A stretch of 64,000 bases of DNA, taken from assembly GCF_013122565.1 (NCBI RefSeq), contig NZ_CP053258.1; one strand, written 5' to 3'. The DNA is from Escherichia coli. Lineage in GTDB: Bacteria; Pseudomonadota; Gammaproteobacteria; Enterobacterales; Enterobacteriaceae. Each line of letters begins with the position of its first letter. Position 1 is the first letter of the stretch. The translations under genes and the position numbers were made by a program. The notes under the pieces are model-generated. The model saw only the letters and a list, made by a program, of their open reading frames with translations. It was not told where the DNA came from and did no database searches. Shown in pieces: positions 34,280-44,115 of the stretch.

Positions 34280-34347
34280 CCCTCCAATCTCAACTGTTCA
34301 AATTTCGAACTACACTTAACTGGCTTCTCTTAACTGAGGTCATCATC

Positions 34348-34782
34348 ATGCCGTTAAGTCCCTACCTCTCTTTTGCCGGTAACTGTTCCGACGCGATTGC
34401 CTATTATCAACGTACGTTGGGCGCGGAACTGCTCTATAAAATCAGCTTCGGCGAAATGCCAAAATCAGCGCAGGACAGCGCCGAGAACTGCCCTTCCGGA
34501 ATGCAATTTCCCGATACCGCCATCGCTCATGCCAACGTGCGCATTGCCGGAAGCGACATCATGATGAGCGATGCTATACCGTCAGGAAAAGCTAGCTACT
34601 CCGGCTTTACGCTGGTGCTCGATTCGCAACAGGTCGAAGAAGGAAAACGCTGGTTTGATAACCTTGCCGCTAACGGAAAAATCGAAATGGCCTGGCAGGA
34701 AACTTTCTGGGCGCATGGCTTCGGCAAAGTCACCGATAAATTTGGCGTACCGTGGATGATTAATGTCGTTAAACAACAATAA
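34348..34782 (+). CDS. phnB: PhnB-like glyoxalase/bleomycin-resistance fold protein
   Basis: ORF 34249..34782 runs through the BIME; start placed at MPLSPYLSF (GAGG ribosome-binding site upstream), about 144 aa. Confidence 0.75.
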   Translation: MPLSPYLSFAGNCSDAIAYYQRTLGAELLYKISFGEMPKSAQDSAENCPSGMQFPDTAIAHANVRIAGSDIMMSDAIPSGKASYSGFTLVLDSQQVEEGKRWFDNLAANGKIEMAWQETFWAHGFGKVTDKFGVPWMINVVKQQ

Positions 34783-34832
34783 TAGCTACCTGCTGCGCCC
34801 ACTGGCGTTAATTCCCAAAAAGGAGAAATACC

Positions 34833-35267
34833 ATGCCTGCTTGTGAGCTTCGACCGGCCACGCAGTACGACACCGACGCGGTTTACGCACTGATTTGTGA
34901 GCTAAAACAGGCGGAGTTTGACCACCACGCGTTTCGCGTGGGCTTTAACGCCAACCTGCGCGACCCAAACATGCGCTACCATCTGGCGCTGCTGGATGGC
35001 GAAGTTGTCGGCATGATCGGCCTGCATTTGCAGTTTCATCTGCATCATGTCAACTGGATCGGCGAAATTCAGGAACTGGTGGTGATGCCGCAGGCACGCG
35101 GTTTGAACGTTGGTAGCAAGTTGCTGGCGTGGGCGGAAGAGGAAGCCCGTCAGGCCGGGGCCGAAATGACCGAGCTTTCTACCAACGTGAAGCGCCACGA
35201 CGCGCACCGTTTTTATCTGCGCGAAGGCTATGAGCAGAGCCATTTCCGTTTCACTAAGGCGCTGTAA
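34833..35267 (+). CDS. phnO: GNAT-family N-acetyltransferase, PhnO-like
   Basis: 144 aa; acetyl-CoA binding motif (Q/R-x-x-G-x-G/A pattern: [11 protein letters not shown]); recognised as PhnO-like from sequence and from its position after phnB and before yjdP. Confidence 0.55.
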
Positions 35268-35279
35268 GATGAGCCTACC

Positions 35280-35609
35280 TCATCGCCCATACTCATCTTC
35301 CATTCTCCGCTCTTCATCTTCTAGCTGCCGACGCTCCTGATCAAGCTGGCGCTGGCGATCGTCCAGTTGCCTGCGGCGATCTTCAAACTGGCGGCGGCGA
35401 TCGTCATATTGTCTGCGACGATCGTCGCTCACTTCACGCTGCCAGCTGTCGTCGCGCGAATCTTCATAGTCTCGCCCACGGTCAGGGTTATAAGCGTCGT
35501 TAATCGCCTGCTGAATATTGCCAATGGTGTCGTCGATAATATCGGCCTGGGCCGGAACGGTGGACAGCGTGAGCAGGGTGAAAAGAAAGAGCGTGGAGTG
35601 GTGTTTCAT
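35280..35609 (-). CDS. yjdP: Small secreted low-complexity protein YjdP
   Basis: 109 aa; N-terminal signal peptide, then an Arg/Asp/Gln/Glu-rich repetitive tail. Confidence 0.7.
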   Translation of the reverse strand: MKHHSTLFLFTLLTLSTVPAQADIIDDTIGNIQQAINDAYNPDRGRDYEDSRDDSWQREVSDDRRRQYDDRRRQFEDRRRQLDDRQRQLDQERRQLEDEERRMEDEYGR

Positions 35610-35677
35610 AAACTCAGCCTCGCAACAAAGTTAATACAAGGTAGGCAAAGGTACCTGTCGCGAGTAGCGGAGGATTC

Positions 35678-37939
35678 TCAATTCTCTTGCCCCAGAACCT
35701 GCGCCAGCTGCGCGCGGGTAAAAGGTTTGCGCAACAGCGCTACGTCTGGCAGCGCGGGGTTATGGCTGGGGCGTAAATCCTGGCCGCTGATGAGTAGCAG
35801 CGTCAGATGCGGGTAAAGTTCGCGGGCCGCATTGACCACTTCTGCGCCGCTCATGCCGCCTGGGAGCATTAAATCGCTGATAAAAATATCGATTTCCGCT
35901 GATGCCGCCAGCAGGTCCAGCGCCTGTTCGCCGCTGCTCGCTTCCAGCGTCAAATAGCCCAGCAGGTGTAACTGCTCGCAGATGGTCTGGCGCACCGCGG
36001 CTTCATCTTCCAGCACGAGCACCAGTTTATCGCCGCTGACGGCTGTCTGTTCTACCGCCGCTGGCGATAGGTTTTTCGCCGCCGTCAGCGCGCGGGGAAG
36101 CTGTAATCTGACCGTTGTCCCCTGCCCCGGCGCGCTTTCAATTTCTACACGCCCACCGGACTGGCGCACAAAACCATAGACCATCGACAAGCCCAGCCCG
36201 CTGCCACTCCCCGTCTGTTTGGTGGTAAAGAACGGCTCAAAGACCTGGCTTTTCACCGCCTGCGACATACCGCTGCCATGATCGATGACCTCCAGCGCCA
36301 CCATGTCCTGACGCTGCCCACTGCTGCGGGTAACGCGCTGATTCCAGGTACGAATTTTGATAATTCCCGTCAGCCCTTCCATCGCATCGCGGGCGTTCAT
36401 CACCAGATTGATGATGGCATTTTCCAGCTGGCTGACATCAATCCACGCGGGCCATGCCGGAGACTGCGCTTCAATCTCAATCGTCAGCGTCGCCGGTAAG
36501 GAGTGGCGCATTAATTCGCTTAACTCTTCCAGCAGTGTTTTTAGCTCAACGGCTTGCGGATGTAAGGACTGCTTGCGGGAAAACGCCAGTAGTCGCTGGG
36601 TCAGTAGCGCGCCACGTTCGGCAGCTTGCTGCGCCCGCTGTATTCGCGGCGCGTCGGGTGAGTCCGTGTTCACCAGTTCCAGGCTGCCAATAATTACCGC
36701 CAACAGATTATTAAAATCATGGGCCAGCCCACCCGTCAATTGCCCAACCGCTTTCAGTTTCTGGCTGTGTAATAGCGCCTCTTCCAGCCCCTGCCTCTCG
36801 GTTTGGGCAATCTCCATCTGCGTGGTTTTCTCTTTCAACAGCCTTGACGTTCGTTCGAGTGACGCGGTATTGCGGGCAAAAACGTTAAAGGCGCGCGCCA
36901 GTTCACCCAACTCATCGCGCCGCTGTAACGCCGGAAAAGTGACGTCCGCTTCGCCGTGCGCCAGGCGGCTCATAGCGCGGGAAATCGCCGTCAGGTTAGA
37001 GCCGAGATTGCGATAGATATACCAACCTGCAAATGCGGTGATCACCACCGCTAACAGAGCGAAAATCATGATCACCCTCTCGCCGGAGCGCAAATCCTGG
37101 TAACTTTGCGCCACCCGCTGACCGGAGAGCATCGCCACCTGTTCGGCGTAACGGTTGATGTCGCCATTAAGGATCGCCACCAGCGCTTTGATGTGAAACA
37201 TATACCAGCTGATTGCCAGATCGCTTTGCTCCAGAGCGGCAGAAAGCGGCGCGAGTTTACGCAGTTCATCATTGAAATCATTGAGTAGCGTATTAACCAA
37301 TGGCGTATCGCTGTGGGTCGGCAACGCAGACATTACCCCGACCAGTTGATGAATAATCGCCTGCGGCGCGGGGGTGGCAATAGCGGCAACAATCAGTCGG
37401 TTCATCTCGTTAAGCAAAATATCATCTTGCGCATTAGTGACTTTTTGCAGATGCCGCAGATAACTTAAGTTTTGATACAGCGAACTTAACAGCGCGTTGC
37501 GCTCCAGATGTCGCCTTTGCCCGCGCTCCAACATTCCGCCGACGCTGGTTTGCAGTTCGTTGCTACGCGTGATGATGCGCGCCACCAGCCCGGCCTCCTG
37601 CTGCGCTAACGGCGCGTTCGCCAGTTGTGCAAGCGAGCTTTTTAATGCCCGCTGTGTCTCCTGCAATCGCTCGGCTTCGCCTTTATATTCCAGCGCTCCC
37701 ACCACTTGTGACAATCGCACCGCCGCCGTCGCCACATTTGCCGTGTCGCGCGCCAGATTCAGGCTGCCGGTCATATCATCCACCGTTTGCTGCTGTACCA
37801 GCTCCTGCATCTGGCTGGCATGACGAAAGCCCATTACCGCCACGCCGCTGACCATCAGCGTCACCGCTACCACCAGCAAATTCAAAAGCAGCAATCGCCC
37901 GCGCGCGCTGGCAAAAAAGTGACGTCCGGGGTGCGCCAT
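35678..37939 (-). CDS. Hybrid sensor histidine kinase with periplasmic domain and C-terminal receiver
   Basis: ORF 35678..38035; start placed at the in-frame ATG (MAHPGRHFF) with a GGAG ribosome-binding site, about 753 aa; TM1, ~280 aa periplasmic domain, TM2, HAMP, H-box (GGLAHDFNNLL), ATPase domain, receiver domain (LVLVLEDE...ISDLMLPGGMSG); no HPt domain seen. Confidence 0.8.
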   Translation of the reverse strand: MAHPGRHFFASARGRLLLLNLLVVAVTLMVSGVAVMGFRHASQMQELVQQQTVDDMTGSLNLARDTANVATAAVRLSQVVGALEYKGEAERLQETQRALKSSLAQLANAPLAQQEAGLVARIITRSNELQTSVGGMLERGQRRHLERNALLSSLYQNLSYLRHLQKVTNAQDDILLNEMNRLIVAAIATPAPQAIIHQLVGVMSALPTHSDTPLVNTLLNDFNDELRKLAPLSAALEQSDLAISWYMFHIKALVAILNGDINRYAEQVAMLSGQRVAQSYQDLRSGERVIMIFALLAVVITAFAGWYIYRNLGSNLTAISRAMSRLAHGEADVTFPALQRRDELGELARAFNVFARNTASLERTSRLLKEKTTQMEIAQTERQGLEEALLHSQKLKAVGQLTGGLAHDFNNLLAVIIGSLELVNTDSPDAPRIQRAQQAAERGALLTQRLLAFSRKQSLHPQAVELKTLLEELSELMRHSLPATLTIEIEAQSPAWPAWIDVSQLENAIINLVMNARDAMEGLTGIIKIRTWNQRVTRSSGQRQDMVALEVIDHGSGMSQAVKSQVFEPFFTTKQTGSGSGLGLSMVYGFVRQSGGRVEIESAPGQGTTVRLQLPRALTAAKNLSPAAVEQTAVSGDKLVLVLEDEAAVRQTICEQLHLLGYLTLEASSGEQALDLLAASAEIDIFISDLMLPGGMSGAEVVNAARELYPHLTLLLISGQDLRPSHNPALPDVALLRKPFTRAQLAQVLGQEN

Positions 37940-38052
37940 ATCACGCTCCGTGAAGAAAAATCGCAATATGACAAATATGAACGGCTTCTGACATTTTGCA
38001 TTTACTTTCCTGTGATGGAGTGCTGATATCGACAACCTCGCAGGAGTCCACC

Positions 38053-39573
38053 ATGAACAGCACGCCGGTTCTGGAGATGCGCAATATTGCCAAAGCTTTT
38101 GGCAAATTTTATGCGCTCAAAGGGGTGGATTTGACGGTCTACCCAGGAGAGATCCACGCCCTGATGGGGGAAAACGGCGCCGGAAAAAGCACGCTGATGA
38201 AGGTGCTGGCGGGGGCGTATACCGCCACCAGCGGCGAGATCCTGATAGACGGCAAGCCCTTTCACATTCGCACGCCGAAAGATGCCTTAAGCGCCGGTAT
38301 TACCCTGATTTATCAGGAGATGCAGCTGGCACCCAATTTGACGGTGGCAGAAAATATTTTTCTCGGCAGCGAGCTTTCCCACGGCGGGCTGGTGCAGCGT
38401 AAAGAGATGCTGGTGCAGGCGCAAAAAGTGATCGACCGCCTCGGCGCGCAGTTTAACGCCAGCGATAAGGTCATGACGCTGACCATTGCCGAGCAACAAC
38501 AGGTCGAAATCGCCCGGGCGCTGCATCGCAACAGCCGCATTCTGGTGATGGACGAACCCACCGCAGCCCTCTCCTCGCGTGAAACTCACCGCCTGTTTGA
38601 ATTAATCATGCGGCTGCGCGATGAAGGGATGGCGATTATCTACATTAGCCACCGCATGGCGGAAGTGTATGAGCTTTCCGATCGCGTCAGCGTGCTGCGC
38701 GACGGGCAATACGTTGGCAGCCTGACCCGCGACAACCTCAACGCCGGGGAGCTGGTGCGGATGATGGTCGGCAGGCCACTGAGCGATCTGTTCAATAAAG
38801 AGCGCGATATCCCGCTCGGTAAAGCCCGCCTGAACGTTCACCACCTGACCGACGGCGGCAAAGTCCAGCCGAGTAGCCTGCTGGTGCGTTCCGGCGAAAT
38901 TGTTGGCCTCGCCGGACTGGTGGGTGCCGGACGTTCCGAACTGGCGCAGTTGATCTTCGGCGTGCGCAAAGCGACAGGCGGAATGATTGAAGTCGATGGC
39001 GAACCGGTGGTGATCCACTCCCCGCGCGAAGCCATCGATCTTGGCATTGGCTTTCTCACCGAAAACCGCAAAGAACAAGGCTTATTCCTTGAAATGGCGG
39101 CAGCCGAAAACATCACCATGGCAACCCTGGAGCGCGACGCCCGCTGGGGAATGCTCAATCGCAAAAAAGCGCAAACCATTTCCGATGACGCCATTAAGTT
39201 GCTCAACATTCGCGTGCCTCATGCCCAGGTGCGCGCGGGCGGGCTTTCCGGCGGCAATCAGCAAAAACTGTTGATCTCCCGCTGGGTGGCGATTGGCCCG
39301 CGCATTTTACTGCTCGATGAACCCACCCGCGGCGTGGACGTTGGCGCAAAAAGCGAGATCTACCGGATCATGAACGAGATGGCACGCAAGGGCGTGGCGA
39401 TCCTGATGATCTCCAGCGAACTGCCGGAGATAGTGGGAATGAGCGATCGCGTCTATGTGATGCGTGAAGGCAGCATTGCCGGTGAGTTAAACGGCAAAAA
39501 CATCACCCAGGAAAACATTATGACCTTAGCGACCGGAGTTAACGACGCCCATTCCCAGGCGGTGACCTCATGA
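38053..39573 (+). CDS. Sugar ABC transporter ATP-binding protein with two nucleotide-binding domains
   Basis: ORF 37996..39573; start at MNSTPVLEM (AGGAG ribosome-binding site), about 506 aa; two Walker A motifs (GENGAGKST and GLVGAGRSE) and two signature motifs (LSGGNQQK), as in the RbsA/AlsA/MglA family. Confidence 0.85.
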   Translation: MNSTPVLEMRNIAKAFGKFYALKGVDLTVYPGEIHALMGENGAGKSTLMKVLAGAYTATSGEILIDGKPFHIRTPKDALSAGITLIYQEMQLAPNLTVAENIFLGSELSHGGLVQRKEMLVQAQKVIDRLGAQFNASDKVMTLTIAEQQQVEIARALHRNSRILVMDEPTAALSSRETHRLFELIMRLRDEGMAIIYISHRMAEVYELSDRVSVLRDGQYVGSLTRDNLNAGELVRMMVGRPLSDLFNKERDIPLGKARLNVHHLTDGGKVQPSSLLVRSGEIVGLAGLVGAGRSELAQLIFGVRKATGGMIEVDGEPVVIHSPREAIDLGIGFLTENRKEQGLFLEMAAAENITMATLERDARWGMLNRKKAQTISDDAIKLLNIRVPHAQVRAGGLSGGNQQKLLISRWVAIGPRILLLDEPTRGVDVGAKSEIYRIMNEMARKGVAILMISSELPEIVGMSDRVYVMREGSIAGELNGKNITQENIMTLATGVNDAHSQAVTS

Positions 39574-40544
39574 CGACCTCTGCAAAAACCTCTGCCAAAA
39601 AAATGCTGATGAGCGATCTGATGCAAACGGTCGGCATCTTGCCCATTTTGATTCTGATCGTGGCGGTATTTGGCTTTATCGCGCCAAACTTTTTTAACGA
39701 AAGCAACCTGCTAAATATTACCCGCCAGGCGTCGATCAACATTGTGCTGGCGGCGGGAATGACCTTCATCATTTTGACTGGCGGGATCGATCTTTCTGTA
39801 GGTTCAATTCTCGGCACCACGGCGGTGGCGGCGATGGTCGTCTCCCTTAGCCCTGAGTTCGCCATGCTGTCGATCCCGGCGGCGCTGATGCTCGGTCTGC
39901 TGCTGGGGCTGTTCAACGGCGCGCTGGTGGCCTTTGCCGGATTGCCGCCGTTTATCGTCACGCTTGGCACCTATACGGCGCTGCGCGGGGCGGCGTATCT
40001 GCTGGCGGACGGCACCACGGTTATCAACTCCAACATTAATTTCGAGTGGATAGGCAATAACTATCTCGGGCCGGTCCCGTGGCTGGTGGTGATTGCGCTG
40101 GCGGTGATCGTGGTGTGCTGGTTTATTCTGCGCCGCACCACGCTTGGTGTTCATATCTACGCCGTCGGCGGCAATATGCAGGCGGCGCGTCTTACCGGCA
40201 TTAAGGTCTGGCTGGTGCTGCTGTTTGTTTATGGCATGAGCGGCCTGCTTTCAGGGCTTGGCGGGATTATGAGCGCCTCGCGGCTGTACAGCGCCAACGG
40301 CAACTTAGGCATGGGTTACGAACTGGACGCCATTGCGGCGGTGATCCTCGGCGGCACCAGTTTTGTCGGCGGCATCGGCACCATCACCGGCACGCTGGTC
40401 GGGGCGCTAATTATCGCCACGCTCAACAATGGCATGACCTTAATGGGCGTCTCTTACTTCTGGCAACTGGTGATCAAAGGGGCGGTGATCATCATTGCGG
40501 TGCTGATCGACAAATACCGTACCCGACACCATCAAAGTGCATAA
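39570..40544 (+). CDS. Sugar ABC transporter permease
   Basis: 324 aa, about 10 TM segments; start overlaps the ATPase stop. Confidence 0.85.
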   Translation: MTTSAKTSAKKMLMSDLMQTVGILPILILIVAVFGFIAPNFFNESNLLNITRQASINIVLAAGMTFIILTGGIDLSVGSILGTTAVAAMVVSLSPEFAMLSIPAALMLGLLLGLFNGALVAFAGLPPFIVTLGTYTALRGAAYLLADGTTVINSNINFEWIGNNYLGPVPWLVVIALAVIVVCWFILRRTTLGVHIYAVGGNMQAARLTGIKVWLVLLFVYGMSGLLSGLGGIMSASRLYSANGNLGMGYELDAIAAVILGGTSFVGGIGTITGTLVGALIIATLNNGMTLMGVSYFWQLVIKGAVIIIAVLIDKYRTRHHQSA

Positions 40545-40562
40545 ACACATGAGGAATACAGC

Positions 40563-41504
40563 ATGAGATTGAAGCCCTTAGTGACCGCGCTCTGTGCAGG
40601 CGCGCTGCTGGCCGCAGCACCGTTCGCCCAAGCGAAAGAACTGAAATCGATAGGCGTAACGGTGGGCGATCTGGCGAACCCGTTCTTCGTGCAGATCACC
40701 AAAGGCGCGGAGCTGGAAGCACGCAAACTGGCAGGCGATAACGTCAAAGTGACGCTGGTTTCCAGCGGCTACGATCTGGGCCAGCAGGTGTCGCAGATAG
40801 ACAACTTTATCGCCGCTAACGTCGATATGATTATCCTCAACGCTGCCGATTCAAAAGGGATCGGCCCGGCGGTGAAACGGGCGAAAGATGCCGGGATCGT
40901 GGTCGTCGCGGTTGACGTGGCGGCAGAAGGTGCCGATGCCACTATCACTTCCGATAACACCCAGGCAGGCGAAATGGCCTGTAAATACATCACCGATCGC
41001 CTGAAAGGCAAAGGCAATGTGGTGATCATCAACGGCCCGCCGGTGTCCGCCGTGCAAAACCGCGTTGAAGGATGCCAGACTGAATTTAAACGCCATCCTG
41101 ACATCAAGGTACTCTCTGACAACCAGAACGCGAAAGGCAGTCGTGAAGGCGGGCTGGAGGTAATGACCGGACTGCTGGCGGCAAATCCGAAGATCGACGG
41201 TGTATTTGCGATTAACGATCCGACAGCGATCGGTGCCGATCTGGCAGCAAAACAGGCGCAACGTAACGAGTTCTTTATTGTCGGCGTAGACGGAAGCCCG
41301 GACGCCGAAGAGGCGCTAAAACGTGAGAACTCGTTGTTTGTCGCCACTCCAGCACAAGATCCCCAGGTGATGGCAGCAAAAGCGGTTGAGATCGGTTATG
41401 ACATTTTGCAGGGCAAACCCGCGCCGAAAGAGCCGGTGCTGATCCCGGTGACGATGATCGATAAAAACAACGTCGGCAATTACAAAGGCTGGACGGTGAA
41501 ATAA
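40563..41504 (+). CDS. Periplasmic sugar-binding protein (RbsB/AlsB-like)
   Basis: 313 aa; signal peptide (MRLKPLVTALCAGALLAAAPFAQA), type I periplasmic binding fold. Confidence 0.85.
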   Translation: MRLKPLVTALCAGALLAAAPFAQAKELKSIGVTVGDLANPFFVQITKGAELEARKLAGDNVKVTLVSSGYDLGQQVSQIDNFIAANVDMIILNAADSKGIGPAVKRAKDAGIVVVAVDVAAEGADATITSDNTQAGEMACKYITDRLKGKGNVVIINGPPVSAVQNRVEGCQTEFKRHPDIKVLSDNQNAKGSREGGLEVMTGLLAANPKIDGVFAINDPTAIGADLAAKQAQRNEFFIVGVDGSPDAEEALKRENSLFVATPAQDPQVMAAKAVEIGYDILQGKPAPKEPVLIPVTMIDKNNVGNYKGWTVK

Positions 41505-41558
41505 GCCCACACGCCGGGCGGCGCAGCTGCCCGGTCACCGCTAAGGAGAACGCTTTCG

Positions 41559-42242
41559 ATGAAACGCTCCGCTATAAACGACATTCTCGGCCATACACGG
41601 CAATTCTTTTCGCAACATGACGTACATCTGCCGCCCTTTGCCAGTTTCTCGCCTGCTCAATGGCAGCAGCTCGACACCGCCGCGTGGGAGGAGGTTTTTG
41701 ATCTCAAACTCGGCTGGGATGTTACCGCTTTTGGTGGCAACAACTTTGCAGCACAGGGGCTGACGCTGTTTACCCTACGTAACGGCTCAGCAAAAGGAAT
41801 GCCGTATGTGAAATGTTACGCCGAGAAGATCATGCATGTGCGCGATGCGCAGGTCACGCCAATGCATTTTCACTGGCGTAAGCGTGAGGACATTATCAAT
41901 CGCGGCGGCGGTAATTTAATTGTTGAACTGTGGAATACCGATAGTAACGAGCAAACGGCTGATAGTGACGTTACGGTGGTGATAGACGGCTGCCGCCAGA
42001 AACATACTGCAGGCACTCAGTTGCGCCTGTCTCCCGGCGAAAGTATCTGCCTGCCGCCCGGCCTGTATCACAGCTTTTGGGCGGAAACCGGTTTTGGCGA
42101 TGTACTGGTTGGCGAAGTCTCTTCTGTCAATGACGACGACCACGATAACCACTTTTTACAGCCACTGGACCGCTACAACCTGATTGACGAAGACGAACCT
42201 GCACAGTTGGTGTTGTGTAACGAATACCGCCAGTTCCGCTGA
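41559..42242 (+). CDS. Cupin-fold sugar isomerase, D-lyxose/D-mannose isomerase-like
   Basis: 227 aa; cupin metal-binding pattern (HxH...E...H: HFHWRKREDIINRGGG...LYHSF); operon context with transporter, kinase and aldolase. Confidence 0.65.
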   Translation: MKRSAINDILGHTRQFFSQHDVHLPPFASFSPAQWQQLDTAAWEEVFDLKLGWDVTAFGGNNFAAQGLTLFTLRNGSAKGMPYVKCYAEKIMHVRDAQVTPMHFHWRKREDIINRGGGNLIVELWNTDSNEQTADSDVTVVIDGCRQKHTAGTQLRLSPGESICLPPGLYHSFWAETGFGDVLVGEVSSVNDDDHDNHFLQPLDRYNLIDEDEPAQLVLCNEYRQFR

Positions 42243-42256
42243 ATAAGGAGAACGTT

Positions 42257-43117
42257 ATGTCATTGATTTCTCTCGCTGAAGGGCTGGCTCATGCCCGCGA
42301 ACATCGCTATGCGTTAGGTGCGTTTAATGTACTGGACTCGCACTTTTTACGCGCCTTGTTTGCTGCTGCCAGACAAGAACGTTCGCCCTTTATTATCAAC
42401 ATTGCCGAAGTACATTATAAATATATCTCGCTGGAATCCCTGGTCGAGACAGTGAAATTTGAAGCGGCGCGCCATGCCATTCCGGTGGTATTAAATCTCG
42501 ATCACGGGCTGCATTTTGAGTCGGTGGTGCAAGCGTTGCGGCTGGGATTCAGCTCGGTAATGTTTGATGGCTCCACGCTGGGGTATGAAGAAAATGTCCG
42601 CCAAACGCGGGAAGTGGTGAAAATGTGCCATGCCGTTGGCGTATCGGTAGAAGCTGAACTGGGCGCGGTGGGTGGCGACGAAGGCGGTGCGCTCTATGGT
42701 CATGCCGATGAATCCCTGTTTACCGATCCGCAACTGGCGCGTGATTTTGTCGACCGTACCGGCATTGACGCGCTGGCCGTGGCGATTGGCAATGCACACG
42801 GCAAATATCGCGGCGAACCGAAACTCGATTTCCTACGCCTCGACGCTATCCGCCAGCAGGCTGCTATCCCGCTGGTATTACACGGCGGCTCAGGGATTAG
42901 CGATGCCGATTTCCGCCGCGCCATCGAACGGGGTATCCACAAAATCAATTTCTACACTGGCATGTCGCAAGCGGCGCTGGCTGCCGTTGAGGCCCGAATG
43001 GCGCACCGTCAGCCGATGTATGATGAGTTTGCCGAGTTACTACTAGCAGTGGAAGCCGCCATCAGCGATACGGTTGCACAACAGATGCGTATTTTCGGCA
43101 GTGCGGGGCAGGCATGA
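42257..43117 (+). CDS. Class II ketose-bisphosphate aldolase family protein
   Basis: 286 aa; FBA class II / tagatose-bisphosphate aldolase family (LDHG, HGGSG motifs). Confidence 0.75.
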   Translation: MSLISLAEGLAHAREHRYALGAFNVLDSHFLRALFAAARQERSPFIINIAEVHYKYISLESLVETVKFEAARHAIPVVLNLDHGLHFESVVQALRLGFSSVMFDGSTLGYEENVRQTREVVKMCHAVGVSVEAELGAVGGDEGGALYGHADESLFTDPQLARDFVDRTGIDALAVAIGNAHGKYRGEPKLDFLRLDAIRQQAAIPLVLHGGSGISDADFRRAIERGIHKINFYTGMSQAALAAVEARMAHRQPMYDEFAELLLAVEAAISDTVAQQMRIFGSAGQA

Positions 43118-44115
43118 TGGAACGTAGAGGGATTATCGCCGCAGGCAATATGTTGGTTGACCACGTCCATCAGATTATCCAGTGGCCAGAGCGCGGCTGG
43201 CTGGCGGAGATTACCCACAGCGAACGCTCCACCGGCGGCGCGCCGCTTAATGTCCTGCTGACACTGGCGAAAATGCGCACCGGGTTGCCGTTACAGGCGG
43301 TTGGGCTAATCGGTCAGGACAGCGACGGCGATTACATCATGGCGATGCTTGAGCAATATCACGTCAATCGTCAGCATGTGCAGCGCACTACCTTTGCCCC
43401 GACGTCGATGTCACAGGTGATGACCGACCCAAGCGGGCAGCGGACGTTTTTCCATTCGCCGGGTGCAAACAGACTTTTGGATCTTCCGGCGTTCGATCAG
43501 CTCGATAACACCATGAAGATTTTCCATCTCGGCTATTTACTGTTGCTCGACAGCCTGGATATGCCGGACGATGTTTACGGCACCCGTAGCGCACGACTGC
43601 TGGCGCAAATGCGTGATACTGGCTTTGAAACCTCACTCGACCTGGTCTCCCGCAAGGGCGATCCGCGTTATCAGCCGCTGGTGCTGCCCGCGTTGCGCCA
43701 TCTGGATTATCTGGTAATTAACGAACTGGAGGCCGGGGAGTTTAGTGGGCTGGAAATTCGGTTACCCAACGGCGAACCGCATATCGCGCATATTGCTGCC
43801 GCCGCGCGTGAACTGTTAGATGCGGGCGTGCGCCAGCGTGTGGTGATCCACTGCCCGGAAGGGGCCTGGGGAGAAACCCCGGAACAGGGCGGCGTGTGGA
43901 TCCCTTCGCAAAAGTTAGAACAACGGGAAATTATCGGCAGCGTCGGTGCGGGCGATGCATTTTGTGCCGGATTTTTATATGGCTGCCATGAGTGCTGGGC
44001 GCTAACTGAGAGCATAAAACTGGCACATGCCTGCGCGCGGGCAAGCCTGTTATGCGCTAATGCCATCGACGGGGCAAAAACGCTGGAAGAGTTGCAAACA
44101 GAAATGTCAGATTAA
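43114..44115 (+). CDS. PfkB-family carbohydrate kinase
   Basis: 333 aa; C-terminal GAGDAF motif of the ribokinase/PfkB family; start overlaps the aldolase stop. Confidence 0.75.
   Translation: MMERRGIIAAGNMLVDHVHQIIQWPERGWLAEITHSERSTGGAPLNVLLTLAKMRTGLPLQAVGLIGQDSDGDYIMAMLEQYHVNRQHVQRTTFAPTSMSQVMTDPSGQRTFFHSPGANRLLDLPAFDQLDNTMKIFHLGYLLLLDSLDMPDDVYGTRSARLLAQMRDTGFETSLDLVSRKGDPRYQPLVLPALRHLDYLVINELEAGEFSGLEIRLPNGEPHIAHIAAAARELLDAGVRQRVVIHCPEGAWGETPEQGGVWIPSQKLEQREIIGSVGAGDAFCAGFLYGCHECWALTESIKLAHACARASLLCANAIDGAKTLEELQTEMSD

Noticed and set aside
36357-37016. 219 aa Ser/Ala-rich ORF antisense to the hybrid sensor kinase, plus several shorter ones nearby
   Set aside because: Low-complexity translation typical of an antisense reading frame; no start context.
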